A DNA stretch of 63,536 nt, counting the filler, from Pelomyxa schiedti (taxonomy: Eukaryota > Protista > Evosea), in the NCBI GenBank assembly GCA_020536535.1. It is 6 parts of 6 records of this genome, joined end to end, with 100 filler letters (N's around TTAATTAATTAA, not from the genome) between each part and the next. Parts side by side here need not be neighbours in the genome. Positions count along the whole stretch, not along the records: positions 48,839 to 55,363 come from JAHLWZ010001414.1; positions 55,464 to 59,278 come from JAHLWZ010001677.1; positions 59,379 to 63,536 come from JAHLWZ010001633.1; 3 more parts are not named here. One strand, given 5' to 3'. The notes beneath the pieces were generated by a model, which saw only the letters and a program-made list of their open reading frames with translations, was not told the DNA's origin and did not search any database. A program made the translations under genes and the position numbers. Below are positions 49,546-60,386 of this stretch, piece after piece. How positions within the stretch are numbered: the stretch's first letter is position 1; each line of letters begins with the position of its first letter.

Positions 49546-52080
49546 AGAAACCGACATATTTGGCGAAGTGTAAGTTACACTTATGGGAAGGGTGCAGTGG
49601 TGTACGAGGGGCAGTGGGAGCGAGGAAACTTCCATGGAAAGGGGACTCTGAAATCAGGGAAAAACGACATGTACGTTGGCGATTTTGAGAATGGCAAAAG
49701 GAGTGGACAGGGAACGATGTTTTTTGGTGATGGTGGGAGTTATATTGGTGAGTGGAGGGATGACCTGTTCCAAGGACATGGGGCACGACTACTGGCTAAC
49801 GGTGACACATATATCGGAGATTGGGACAGAGGTTTGGAAAAAGACAAGAAAGGGTGGAAAGTATGTCACAGTGAGAGTTCTAAGCTGCAGGACGTGGAAG
49901 CTAAGTGGCAGGATGCTGGTGGCTGCAACGAAAGGCTAGTCGAAGCAATTGAGCAAAGAAATTTCGCAGTCAGTCATCTGTCAAGCGTGGAGCTAATCGT
50001 TCTTTACCTCAAGCTGGGAATTGCAGTTACTTCTGTGCTTTCCATTACTCTTTCGTTTACTTTCTATGTCAAACAACACAAAACGAGTTCAAAGGTACAC
50101 CAAATTTTCCTTTTTGAATTTGTTCTTCTTGACATTAAAAACCTAGGACAAGGCGACAGAAGTAGAAAATAGTTGTGTGTATTTAAAGTTTGCTTCGGAT
50201 CACAAACAACAAATAGTTGCGCAACACATACTGCAACATATTCAAGGAGGTATATGGGTAAAGAGACTTCCCCAAGGCACCGAAAAAGAAGTTAAGGTCA
50301 CATTTATGAACAATGAGTTTCAGGAATCTTTCTGCTGCAATTGTCCTTTGGATAAAGTAGGTCCAACAAGGGAAAACCCCAAAAACTAAAAATAAAAAAG
50401 GTTGTAAAGATGTCCATTCAAAACCAATTTGGAGTTGAGGCAGGTCACCAAGAAGTTTATCTTGTGAAGCAAGATGGTGAAGAGCTATTATCGCCTCTGC
50501 TCACCTTGTCTCAGTGCCACATAGATTTATGTACGTGCCATCACTTTATACTTTTATTTCCACCTCATTTTTATAGCTGTTCCTTGTTTGATTAAAGTGA
50601 AGATGAGACCAGTTCCCACAGTGAAGAGAACTGATCTCACCCCTGAGCCCCAAATTGGTCGTGGGTCGTATGGCCGGGTATTTGAGTGTGAGCACAAAAT
50701 AACCAAAGAGAAATTTGCAGTGAAAGAGCTCCACGGCGCACTTGTTTCAGACTACCATATGGTAGAAAAATTCCAACTTCATGAAGCTGAGGTGTTCACC
50801 TTTTGTGCCGCGAAGGTTCCTCTCTCATATTACATAGACTGTTGCGGCCCTGGAACATCCAAACATTGTTAAATTTATTGGAACATGCCCCCCTGCTTCG
50901 GATTTGTGGATCGTTTCAGAGCTCCTTGGTTGCAATCTGAAATGCCTTATTACCAAAGTCTTAGCATTTTAATATCCTTCTATCTAACATCATTAGAAAA
51001 ACAAGTTAAATATTGAAGAGGCAATAGTAGTTTCCTGGGGGATTGCCAAGGGAATGGAGGCGATTCACAGGTTAAACTGGTTTTCATTTTTTAGGAAACC
51101 TAAATCGAGTAGATACAACTATATGCATAGAGACTTGAGTGTCAAGAACATCGTGTTTGATCTCTCTGGAATCCCAAAAATTTGTGATTTTGGTATCTCA
51201 CTGTTTTTTTTTTAAATTTAATCCTTCAAGGAATGGCCCATCAGGTAGTTCCCAGGGACGATGGCATGACATTCATGCCCGGAACTCCCTTTTATATGGC
51301 ACCACAAATGCAGACGGAATACTACACAATTGCTGGTTACATTCTCTTTTTCTGATCCCAATCCAATCAACATTCTCGAAGGTGATATGTGGGCAGTTGG
51401 GATTTTGATTAGTGAGATGATTTGTGGCGAAATGGGTAATAATCAGCCACGGCATCACTCCCTAGCAGAAAAAAAAGCGCGCTCCCTGGAAGAGCAACAA
51501 ACCCATCTTTCCCAGAGCGCCAAAGGTTTTGTTCACCTACTGTTTAGTGTGCTTGCCCAGTAACTGTTACAGAGGAAGTGTGCCGACTTCTCAAAGATCC
51601 CATCTTTGAAGGGAATTCAGGGATTTCTTCTCTTGCTGAGTACTTGGAGAGAAGGGATACTTGCCTGAAAAAGCTTTCTGTGGAGCTCTCTCCCACTTCA
51701 AATCTTTACCCCAAGGCCACACACATTCTCGAAAAAGTGGTAGAATGGTGCCTCTCCGTTGTAGGTGTGCCAGATATCTTTTCCTGTTTCCTTCAACACC
51801 AATTTTTCTGAGTCACACAGAGAAAGAGAGACCACCGTTCAACGCGATTGTGCAACTGCTCTACTGCTGCCTCACCTTATATTATTTTGAGTCTTGTCCC
51901 TCACCATACAGTCCTGACCCCACACCCACAGCAGGCACGAGTGCAAGTACGAGCACAGCACACTCAGGATGGAAGATACCCCCGGCTTACGAGAGTGACA
52001 TCACATCAAGAATATCGACCTGCTACTCCTCCTTGTCCCCTCTCACTGGCAGAGACAAGAAGGGAGAAGAAATGGAGTGA
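49546..52080 (+). CDS. Receptor-like kinase copy 1: MORN repeats, TM, ubiquitin-like domain, protein kinase (HRD intact); 5' end unclear
   Basis: YEGQW..GNFHGKG MORN repeats, TM LGIAVTSVLSITLSFTFYV, VKMSIQNQFGVEAGHQEV, GRGSYG, FAVKE, HPNIV, HRDLSVKN, DFG, PGTPLYMAPQ. Confidence 0.8.
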
Positions 52081-52149
52081 ACTTTCGTGCCCTTGGGAAA
52101 ACTTCCATTTCCGGTAGGCACAAGGGGGAACCGGTTTTACTAGTACAAA

Positions 52150-55007
52150 ATGTTCGCCAAGTTGGGTTGCATCCTCACGGCGGTGGGTGCACTGGCTGCA
52201 CTGTGGGCCGTAATTGTTCTCCGCATCGAACATAAGTTCTTGGATAGTACAGAAGACGGTGTCACGCTCAACGGCTGGGCCAAGGAGCTCTACGATGACG
52301 GCTCAGTTTACGAAGGCCTGTGGCGCCAAGGAACCTGGACAAGGGGAAGTTGGCACCACCGGGCCCGAGATGGATCCATTGTGGCTTACGAAGGCGAGTG
52401 GGCGTGGGCTGGGGCGGGAGTAGGGGCACGCGGGCACCAGCTAAACGGGTGGGGCGCGAAGAGGGTAATGCCGGCAGGGACCCCCTTCACTTATGGGAAG
52501 GGCGTGATGGCGTATGAGGGGCAGTGGCTCCGGGGAAACATTCACGGCAATGGGACCCAAATGTCAGAGGGGGGTGAGATTTACATTGGGGAGTTCAAGA
52601 ATGGTAAAAGAAGTGGGAATGGGAGGGCATTGTTTGCAGATGGTGGGAGTTATATTGGCGAGTGGCGGGACAACATGTTTCATGGACATGGAGCGAGGCG
52701 ACTGGCTACTGGTGACACATATATCGGGAAATGGGACAGAGGATTGGAGCAAGATAAAAAGAATTGGAAGGTATGCCGTGGTGAGAACCCTGGCACAAAG
52801 CTACAAGAGGCAGATAGGCTATTAGATATTACACATGGGCTCAACAAAGAAGCCTTGCAAATTGACAGAAATATATTGAGGATGGAACTAACTATTTTTC
52901 GCCTCAGGCTGGGTTTTGTGGTTGTTTCTGGACTGGCCATTGCACTATTCTTTATTGTGTTCTATTTCAAAACTAAAGTATCCAAACTGATCAAAGAGCT
53001 TGCAGACGTAATTTTTCCCCTTTCTTAGAAGACCACTTAAAGACACCTAGAACAAAGAAAGAATTAAACAGTTATCTGAAACAAACGATTACCTTCAACA
53101 GCAACTTGAGGAGGAAAAAAAAAGTATGGCTATTCGTACATTTGCCATACAAACTACAAATAGATGCACAGCAGAAACTTCAAGAGGAAAAAAGATGTGT
53201 GTACGTTGTACTTACACCTACGTCTTGTAAAATATAGGTAGTTGCTCAGCATATACTACAACATGTTCAAGGAGCGTGGATCCAGAGACTTCCCCAGGGC
53301 AATGAAAAAGAACTCGAAGTCACGTTTCTGAACCACACTTTTCAAGATTTTTTTTGCTGCAGTTGTCCTTTGGAGAAGGTTAAATATCAAAGGAAAAATA
53401 TCTCATCAAAAAAAAGGTTGTAAAGATATCAATTCAAAGTCGGTTTGGGGTTGGTGCCTGTCACCAAGAAGTATATGTAGTAAAGAGGGCTTCTGGAAAA
53501 TATATCGAAGAGCTCTTATCCCCCATGTTCACCTTGTCTCAGTGGCACACCTCTAACTGTACATTCACCTCAATAACTTTACACCTTCACCCCTTTTTAC
53601 AGTGGCGCCATATCCTATACTTGTTAAAATCAAACCCATTCCAACAATGATGCGATCTGATTTCATTACTCTATCTCCAATTGGCCGGGGGACCTATGGG
53701 TGGGTGTATCAGTGTGAACACAAAGGAACCAAAGAGCTACTTGCAGTGAAAGAGTTGCATGGGATTCTTCAACCAGATTACTATTTGGAAAGATTTCAAC
53801 ACGAAGCGGAAGTATTTTATACCTTTTACTTTCCTGCAACTCTCTCATCTTTTGCAGACTATTGCAGCACTTGAACATCCTAACATTGTTAAATTTATCG
53901 GAACGTGTCCTCCCGCTACAGAACTGTGGATTGTCTCTGAACTCCTTGGTGGCAATCTGAGAGACCTTATTACAAAAGTCCTAAACTGTTGGTATCCCTT
54001 TTTCTAACATGAGAAGAAAAAAAAGTTAAATCTTGAGGAAGCAGCAGCAATTGCCTGGGGAATTGCAAAGGGGATGGAAGCTATCCACAGGTTACCTTTT
54101 TTTTTTTTAAGAAAACCTAAAAGTCAAAGACACAATTATATGCATCGTGCCCTGAGTAGCAAGAACATTGTATTTGATTCCTGTGGAATTCCAAAAATTT
54201 GTGATTTTGGTCAGGACTGATTTTTTTATATCAAAGTAATTTCCCTCAAAGGAGTGGCACAGAAAACACATAACATGGCACACATGCCTGGAACTCCTTT
54301 TTACATGGCACCACAAATGCAAACACACCACTATACAATCGCTGGTTTGCTCTCCTCCTTGAAACCACGCAAACATCCTAAAAGGTGACATGTGGCAATT
54401 TGGCATATTGATGAGTGAGATGATTTGCGGTCAAGTTGAGGATAAAACTCACTTAAGAAAGGATACCCGGTCCCTAGAAGAACAAAAAAGCATCCTTTCT
54501 CGTAGCGCAAAAGGTTTATTCTCATCTTTTGTAACTTCCCAGTGAAACACTATTATATCAGATGAAGTTGATCGACTTCGCAATGACCCCAGCTTTTCTC
54601 AAAGGAAGCAAGGAGCTTCGTCTCTTGCCGAATACTTGGGGAGGAGGGACACATGCCTGAAACAAGTTGCCGTAGAGCTGGCATCAACATCAAAATCTTG
54701 CCCCAAGGCCAGTCAAGTTCTCAATAGTGTGGTAGAGTGGTGCCTCTCTGTTGTCGGTATGCGTGCATAGTTTCTTTAAACGGAGTTCACCTGCTACACA
54801 GAGAAGGAGAGACCACCTTTCAATGCAATTGTGCAGCTTCTTTACAGCTGCCTGTCTTTATATTATTGCGAGTCCGGCTCCTTGCACCCACAGTACGACC
54901 TCACAAGTGCTTCATCAGGCTGGCAAACACCCCTTTGCGAGACTGACATCACAGCAAGAATATCAGCATGCTACTCCTCCTTGTCCCCTCTGACCCGCAG
55001 AGAGTAG
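52150..55007 (+). CDS. Receptor-like pseudokinase copy 2: signal/anchor, MORN repeats, TM, ubiquitin-like domain, kinase with HRA
   Basis: MFAKLGCILTAVGALAALWAVIVL, MORN array, TM LGFVVVSGLAIALFFIVFYF, GRGTYG, LAVKE, HRALSSKN (54143-54166), DFG, PGTPFYMAPQ. Confidence 0.8.
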
Positions 55008-55068
55008 AACCAAAAAAAACCATTCTCCCATCACCACCGTTAACGGAGAAAACACAAACCTTTCATTC

Positions 55069-55363
55069 TCAGCGGGAGCTGGCAGCAAACACAGAAAACC
55101 GCGGGCATAGCCCATCCCCGACGGCTACGGAGCCTGGCGCTTCTGCTGCCACCACGACAGGCGCACTGGGCGGTGGCCCTGCCACTGCGGCCGCTACTAC
55201 TTGCACCACCGCACTGGGCGGCGGCGGCGCCGCTGCGTCCCCGCCCGCGGCGTTCGTGGTGGAGGAGACGGCGCGGTTCGGGCCGCTGGGGGCGGCGGTG
55301 GCGCGGTACCGCCACGTGGGCACCGGGGCGGGGGTGGTGACGGCGAGGCTGGCGACGCCGCTG
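55069..55363 (-). CDS. Ala/Pro-rich 3' fragment of a gene cut by the linker
   Basis: GC-rich open frame from the contig end; no domain recognised. Confidence 0.25.
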
Positions 55364-55463
55364 NNNNNNNNNNNNNNNNNNNNNNNNNNNNNNNNNNNNN
55401 NNNNNNNTTAATTAATTAANNNNNNNNNNNNNNNNNNNNNNNNNNNNNNNNNNNNNNNNNNNN
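55364..55463. other. Artificial contig linker
   Basis: N44-TTAATTAATTAA-N44. Confidence 0.97.
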
Positions 55464-55895
55464 TTTGTTGGTTTTTGTTACCTTGGTGGTGCTTGTGTCC
55501 ATTGAATGCCATTTGAATAATTGATGATATTAACACCTTCAAAGAGCGTGCCGGGTTGTCGTAGGAGCACTTGACAAGCTTGTCGGCATTCATCTTACAT
55601 CATCAATTCAAAGGAGAAAAAAAGAGATGAATGAAGCATGTTCAAAAAGGATGAGAAACATACAATAAACGCCGATCGAAGTAGAGAACGATCGCCGCCC
55701 GTAAAGGAGAGAGCAGCTTTATCGGAACTGAACTTGAGAAGAATAAAGGGTGCCGAACCAAGCTGCACCGCCTTGTTTGCCAGTGTCTGATCATTGGATG
55801 GCGAAGGGTCTTCGTGGTTGGGCATTATGGCCACCACCACAGAACCCTCAGAATCCGCACACCCGTCCTTCATCATCACACTCCCCTCACAGTGA

Positions 55896-57366
55896 AATGC
55901 CACACAATCAATATCATTTTCATCACCAGCACTATCACTTGTTCTATTACTGGTACCACTACTGCGCACGGTGGCGGTTGTTGTTGTTGTTGCATGGTCG
56001 AAATGGGTCCTGGGCTCCCGCTGCGACTTCGCCCTCCTGGTGCAGGAGAAGGTGGACCCGTGGAGCGACGACGAGGCCGCCGGGCGGTCCCTGCAGTTCG
56101 GGGTGTCGCGCGCCACCCTGGGCCTCACTCCCGGCCCCGGCGGCGGCGGGAGCGACGTGGACGTGTGCCGCTGGGGGAGGCACTGGCTGGCCCCTGGGGT
56201 GCCCATGCTGCGGTGCAGCTGCGTCTTCCGGATGTACTCGATAAAGCTCAAGAGGGCGGAGAGGGGGACGGAGCCGTCCTTCGCCAGCTCCCCCCTCGAC
56301 GCTGTGTACCTGACGAGGAGATCGGTCATGTGCGATGCGTACAACTCCAGGTGGTGGGTGACGTGCGAGAAGCAAGGGGGCACTGAGGGGGAAACGAGCC
56401 GCGCTCCAGTGACTCTGGCAATCAGTTGGATTGAGGGCTACACCTCTCGCGGTATGCCAAAGGAGAGCATAGAATCCGTGGAGGGTGTTTCCATTCCGTG
56501 GGCGCCGGAGACTGTCTCTGAAATGCGGTTGTTCTTCAGCAGTGTGGTTCCGGATGAGGCACTGCTTACTTTCTGTGTGAACGGCACCACAGTCATCTCA
56601 TTCACCCCTTTTGATGTTCGCAAGACACACAAGCTCCGGAGTGTACAGACTACCTCAAGAGAAACAAGGCAGGATCTGAGTACAGATTGCAATCTGCCTC
56701 TGGCTGCACTGATTTTGAGGAGGAGGAATGGTGCCACTGTTTTCATTGTGGAGTTGCCATGTGAGCAGTTGTATCAAGTTGATTCTGAGACAGGGGTGTC
56801 CAAGCTACTATCGAGGAAGTGCTCCGATCTTTCACAAGTGAATGAGAGCATGCCGTATGTTGGGAAACCTTCGTTCCAGAAAACTTTCGTTGCCGAAAAC
56901 TTTCGTTGTCGAAAACTTTTGTTGCCGAAAACGTGCGTCGGTAAAAAAGTTCGGCACCTAAAACCACGACACTTGATAGTCTGCGAAAATGATCGTCGCC
57001 GAAAACTTTCGTCGGGTGCTGTGGGCTACGAAAAATTTGGGCAACGAAAGTTTTCAGCAACGAAAGTTTGTTGGAACGAAGGTTTCTCAACATACGGTGT
57101 TCTGCGTCGAGAGTGCTGATGAGCTGTCTTACGAATTGTGGGACTGCAACAGCAGCACAGACCAACCAGTGAGGTCCATTCAGACTGGTGACTGCTTTGA
57201 CCAGGTCTTGGCTGCGCATGGTCTCCTGTTTGCTGTCAATTCTAAGAACAGGCAGATATTTGTCACTGAGGCCTCATCAGGACTTCCTGTGATCACCTTT
57301 CGTGTCTCGTTTCCCTCCACAGAAGCTTTCCACATCCACAAGAGCTCCTCTTTCTTCGGTTTCTGA
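55896..57366 (+). pseudogene. Lineage-specific family gene (beta-rich C-terminus) frameshifted by a MITE insertion
   Basis: AWSKWVLG...FGVSRATLGLT motif. Removing 56853-57099 restores LSQVNESM|FCVESADELSYELWDCN. Confidence 0.7.
56853..57097. mobile_element. 245-bp MITE with 56-bp TIRs and a 2-bp TG target-site duplication
   Basis: Ends CCGTATGTTG(G/A)GAAACCTTCGTTCCA; 4 mismatches over 56 bp; subterminal 16-bp repeats CGAAAACTTTCGTTGY; TG at 56851-56852 and 57098-57099. Confidence 0.9.
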
Positions 57367-57741
57367 TACTTTTATGGCATAAAAGAGAAAATAAGCACTT
57401 GCCAACCCAGCGTCTGGCTTACTCCTTTTCAGAAATGCCTGCTCATTTGTGGGTTTTGGGGGATGAAACTTGCATTTCGTTTCAATATGTTTGGGTTTTT
57501 ATGGTGTTGGCTCAGAAGAACACTGTTGGCTGTTGTTGGGTTTTATGTAATTAGCTTGGAATTGTCCAAGGGGGAACATCACCACCCAAGAGCGTAAAGG
57601 AAATTTCTGTTGGGTGAGCAGTGACTGCTTACCCCCCTCCCTCCACCCCCCCAACCTGGGGTGCTTGCACCAGAGAGAAGCAAGCATTGGGGTTGAAGTA
57701 CTCACAAGTGTATTTTGGTTTTTTTTTGTGGTGATGTGGCA

Positions 57742-58632
57742 TTACCTGCTGTCTGACAGTCGTGGTGTGCCTGGGATTGATTTGATACAGGCCAGAGGAG
57801 TGAACCTGCAGGTTGCAAGACCTGATTGGTTTGTCCATTTGGGCTGCGGTTTGTGTATGGATTGGGGTTTGGGTTTTATCCTGGACTTCTTCACCATCGT
57901 CCAGTCCACAAAGAAGATCTTCTTGCCGGCTCCGGCGGCGCGGGCGCTTGCGGCGGCGGCTGCGGCGTCGGCGGCGGCGGAGTCCTGGGCCTCGATGGCG
58001 ACGCCGAGGGGCAGCTGGTCCTTCATGCCGGGGCCGCTCAGCACGATGTGGGGCTGGTGCGACGCCCGCTGCACGCGGCGCATGGCGTCCACAGAGGCCA
58101 GGGGTGTGTCCGTGGAGCTGCTGCGTTTGCGGGCAAGTTCTTCCTGAATTGCCAATCAGTAATTGTTTGTGTCTTGTGAGTTGTGGTGATGCAATGTAAT
58201 TTGATGCGGTGCGGTGTAGTGTGGTGCGGCTGTGCCATTAGTAATTGTAATTGGTTGAGTGGAATGGAATTGCGGTGATGCGGCTGAGTGGATTGAATAC
58301 CTGGTACTTGTGGAGTGCTTTGTCCAGCTTGTTCTTGCCGGGGCATTTGCCGTGGAACTTGTAGGAGAGGCGCCTGAAAGCTTCTTTGGGGGTAAGGACA
58401 CGGCCTTGTGGGAAATTAGTTTGGGATGGATGAAGAAAAGTGGTGGGAAACACACCGAATTCATCTGTGTGTTCTAGTCTGATATTGGGAGCAGGGTCAT
58501 CTTTTTTGGTAAGTGTCAAAACGTGATCTTAAGCTCTGCCGGCATAGTTCACAAGATCGCGCTCGTCTGCTACAACACCTCGTCGTTGAAGCATTCGTAT
58601 AGTGGCACCAACTCCTGATGAAACAAGTGGCT
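57742..58632 (-). CDS. SART1: U4/U6.U5 tri-snRNP protein SART1/Snu66, 3' exons only, with one in-frame TAA
   Basis: DEPLVSSGVGATIRMLQRRG, IRLEHTDEFG|RVLTPKEAFRRLSYKFHGKCPGKNK, EEL...SSTDTPLASVDAMR...IVLSG. TAA at 58529-58531. Confidence 0.9.
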
Positions 58633-58738
58633 CATCCTCTAGAAGAAAATGACAAAAAAAGAGGGAGAAGAAACAACAACAAAAAAAATGTCACAAGGAC
58701 ACAAGTCTACGAACTATACGAATGCTTCAACGACGAGG
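58578..58738. repeat. Perfect 26-bp inverted repeat (58578-58603 / 58713-58738) with 109-bp spacer
   Basis: cctcgtcgttgaagcattcgtatagt versus actatacgaatgcttcaacgacgagg. Confidence 0.9.
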
Positions 58739-58806
58739 GATACATTTTCCAACAGGTCCCCGTTGGGTCGATCTTGATTGCCATCATCATCCCAAAATAG
58801 GGGGAA

Positions 58807-59278
58807 TCAGCAAGGGTAAGGATGACCTGCTGTCCTTCTTGAAGCTTGGATCTGAGATCGTGGGAAACCTGAGATGAGGTGAGGTGAGAAATAACTCGCT
58901 GATGAAGAATTGGTTGCACCTGAATTCCTTGCAGTTCTGAGGGCCTGGAGGAGCTCTGTCTCTCCCCTCTGCTGCTGGTGGCCCCCCTGGGGGTCTTTGT
59001 CCCGCCCCCTCTTGATGCGTTTTGTGTTCTTACGGAGATTTTGCTTGATGGTACCAAAGCAGGTTTCAACCCAGGCAAAATCAGGAGAGCTAACAGGTCT
59101 GTGTAAAAATAAGAAAAAATGAAAAAAAATAATAAAAAGAACAGGAAGCCCACCTATGGACAAGTAGATGACCCTCACTTTCAACAAGCTCAAAGATGGA
59201 CTTGTCTAAATGTGATTTGTGGTTATCCATCAGGCACACCCTGGGTCTTCCTCGAATTGCAGGAAGTAACAGTGTGGC
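58807..59278 (-). mobile_element. IS630/Tc1-mariner DDE transposase, 3' part, intron-containing, 5'-partial
   Basis: LLPAI..RPRVCLMDNHKSH...FELVESEGHLLVHR|PVSSPDFAWVETCFGTIKQNLRK. Splicing the 55-nt GT-AG intron (59099-59153) gives 34 residues between D and E. Confidence 0.8.
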
Positions 59279-59378
59279 NNNNNNNNNNNNNNNNNNNNNN
59301 NNNNNNNNNNNNNNNNNNNNNNTTAATTAATTAANNNNNNNNNNNNNNNNNNNNNNNNNNNNNNNNNNNNNNNNNNNN
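59279..59378. other. Artificial contig linker
   Basis: N44-TTAATTAATTAA-N44. Confidence 0.97.
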
Positions 59379-60131
59379 AGGCTCCGTGATGCGGAACCTC
59401 TCACACAGCCACTGAGCCACCTCCAAGTGGCCGTTCCCACACGCACCCTTCAGTATCTCCGAGAATCTCACATGGTAACCAATGCCTTCAACTCCTCCTC
59501 CTCCTAAGTCCCCACGCCCTCCCTCTCCTGCTCCCTCTCCCTCACCCTCTCCCAGCAGCCTCTGAGCCATGCCCAGGTGCCCACCCCTGCACAGCCCCGC
59601 CAGTGCACTCACAACATCCCTCTCCCTCTCTTTACCCCCGTCCCTGTCCCTGTCCCTGTCCCTGTCCTCCCCTTGTGCAGCAGCATCATCGTCCCTATTT
59701 GTGGCGGCTGTGGTGCTGGTGGAGCTGCGGCGGGGGTGGTGGGCGTCGTGGTGGTGGCGGTGGCGGAGCATCCAGCGCAGGCACGAGGGGGCGCCAGCCT
59801 CGGCCGCGGCCTCGAGGGCGTCGCGGGAGCGGCGGGGGGAGCGCCCCAGGAGCAACCTGCAGGCGCGGGGGACGAGGGGGAACAGGGCCTCCCCGACGCG
59901 GCACAGCGCCATCGCAGCGCGCGACCACGACGACCACCAGCGGGCGCGCGAGGGCTCCGAGTCCGGGGAGTAGAGCGCGGAGGGGGGCGGCGGGGGCTGG
60001 GGGGGGAACACGACGAGCCAGGGGATCGCCCACTCCCACACGATCTGCGAGATACTCACAATGCGCTCGTGGTACTGCTCCCTTGCCGTCTTGTCGTCCA
60101 CCGTTGTGTTGGTGCCGCTGGCCCGTTTCAT
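59379..60131 (-). CDS. Lineage-expanded ankyrin-like repeat protein, 3'-partial
   Basis: ISQIVWEW, RVGEALFPLV, GLCRGGHLGMAQRL, ACGNGHLEVAQWL. Same family as 4525-5412. Confidence 0.75.
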
Positions 60132-60386
60132 TATTTCTCTGCTTTAGCTTTGATGTTTTCAGTGATCACTTCACCAACTCTCTGCCAATAGCAGGCTCAT
60201 TTGGGGGGGGGAGTATTCAGAATACTGTATTCCACAACCGGGATTGTTGTTGACAAGTGCAATCAAATCAAGGCGGTTCGAGGATATCAAGACTTGATGA
60301 TGAGGTGACCAGACGTCTCAAAGTAAGCCTTATAAACCAACTGAGGCTTGTGTCATTATTTCTTTAAAAAAAATAACAGAGAAACG

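Noticed and set aside
56870-57080. 16-bp repeats that could suggest a CRISPR-like array
   Set aside because: No unique spacers, eukaryotic context, and the repeats form the subterminal arms of a MITE.
58529-58531. Possible TAA stop-codon reassignment
   Set aside because: Several confident genes end in TAA (e.g. 28398, 39983, 46569) and no other conserved exon shows in-frame TAA.
59596-59626. (CCCTGT)n repeat
   Set aside because: Encodes a DRDRDR low-complexity linker in the ankyrin-like gene.
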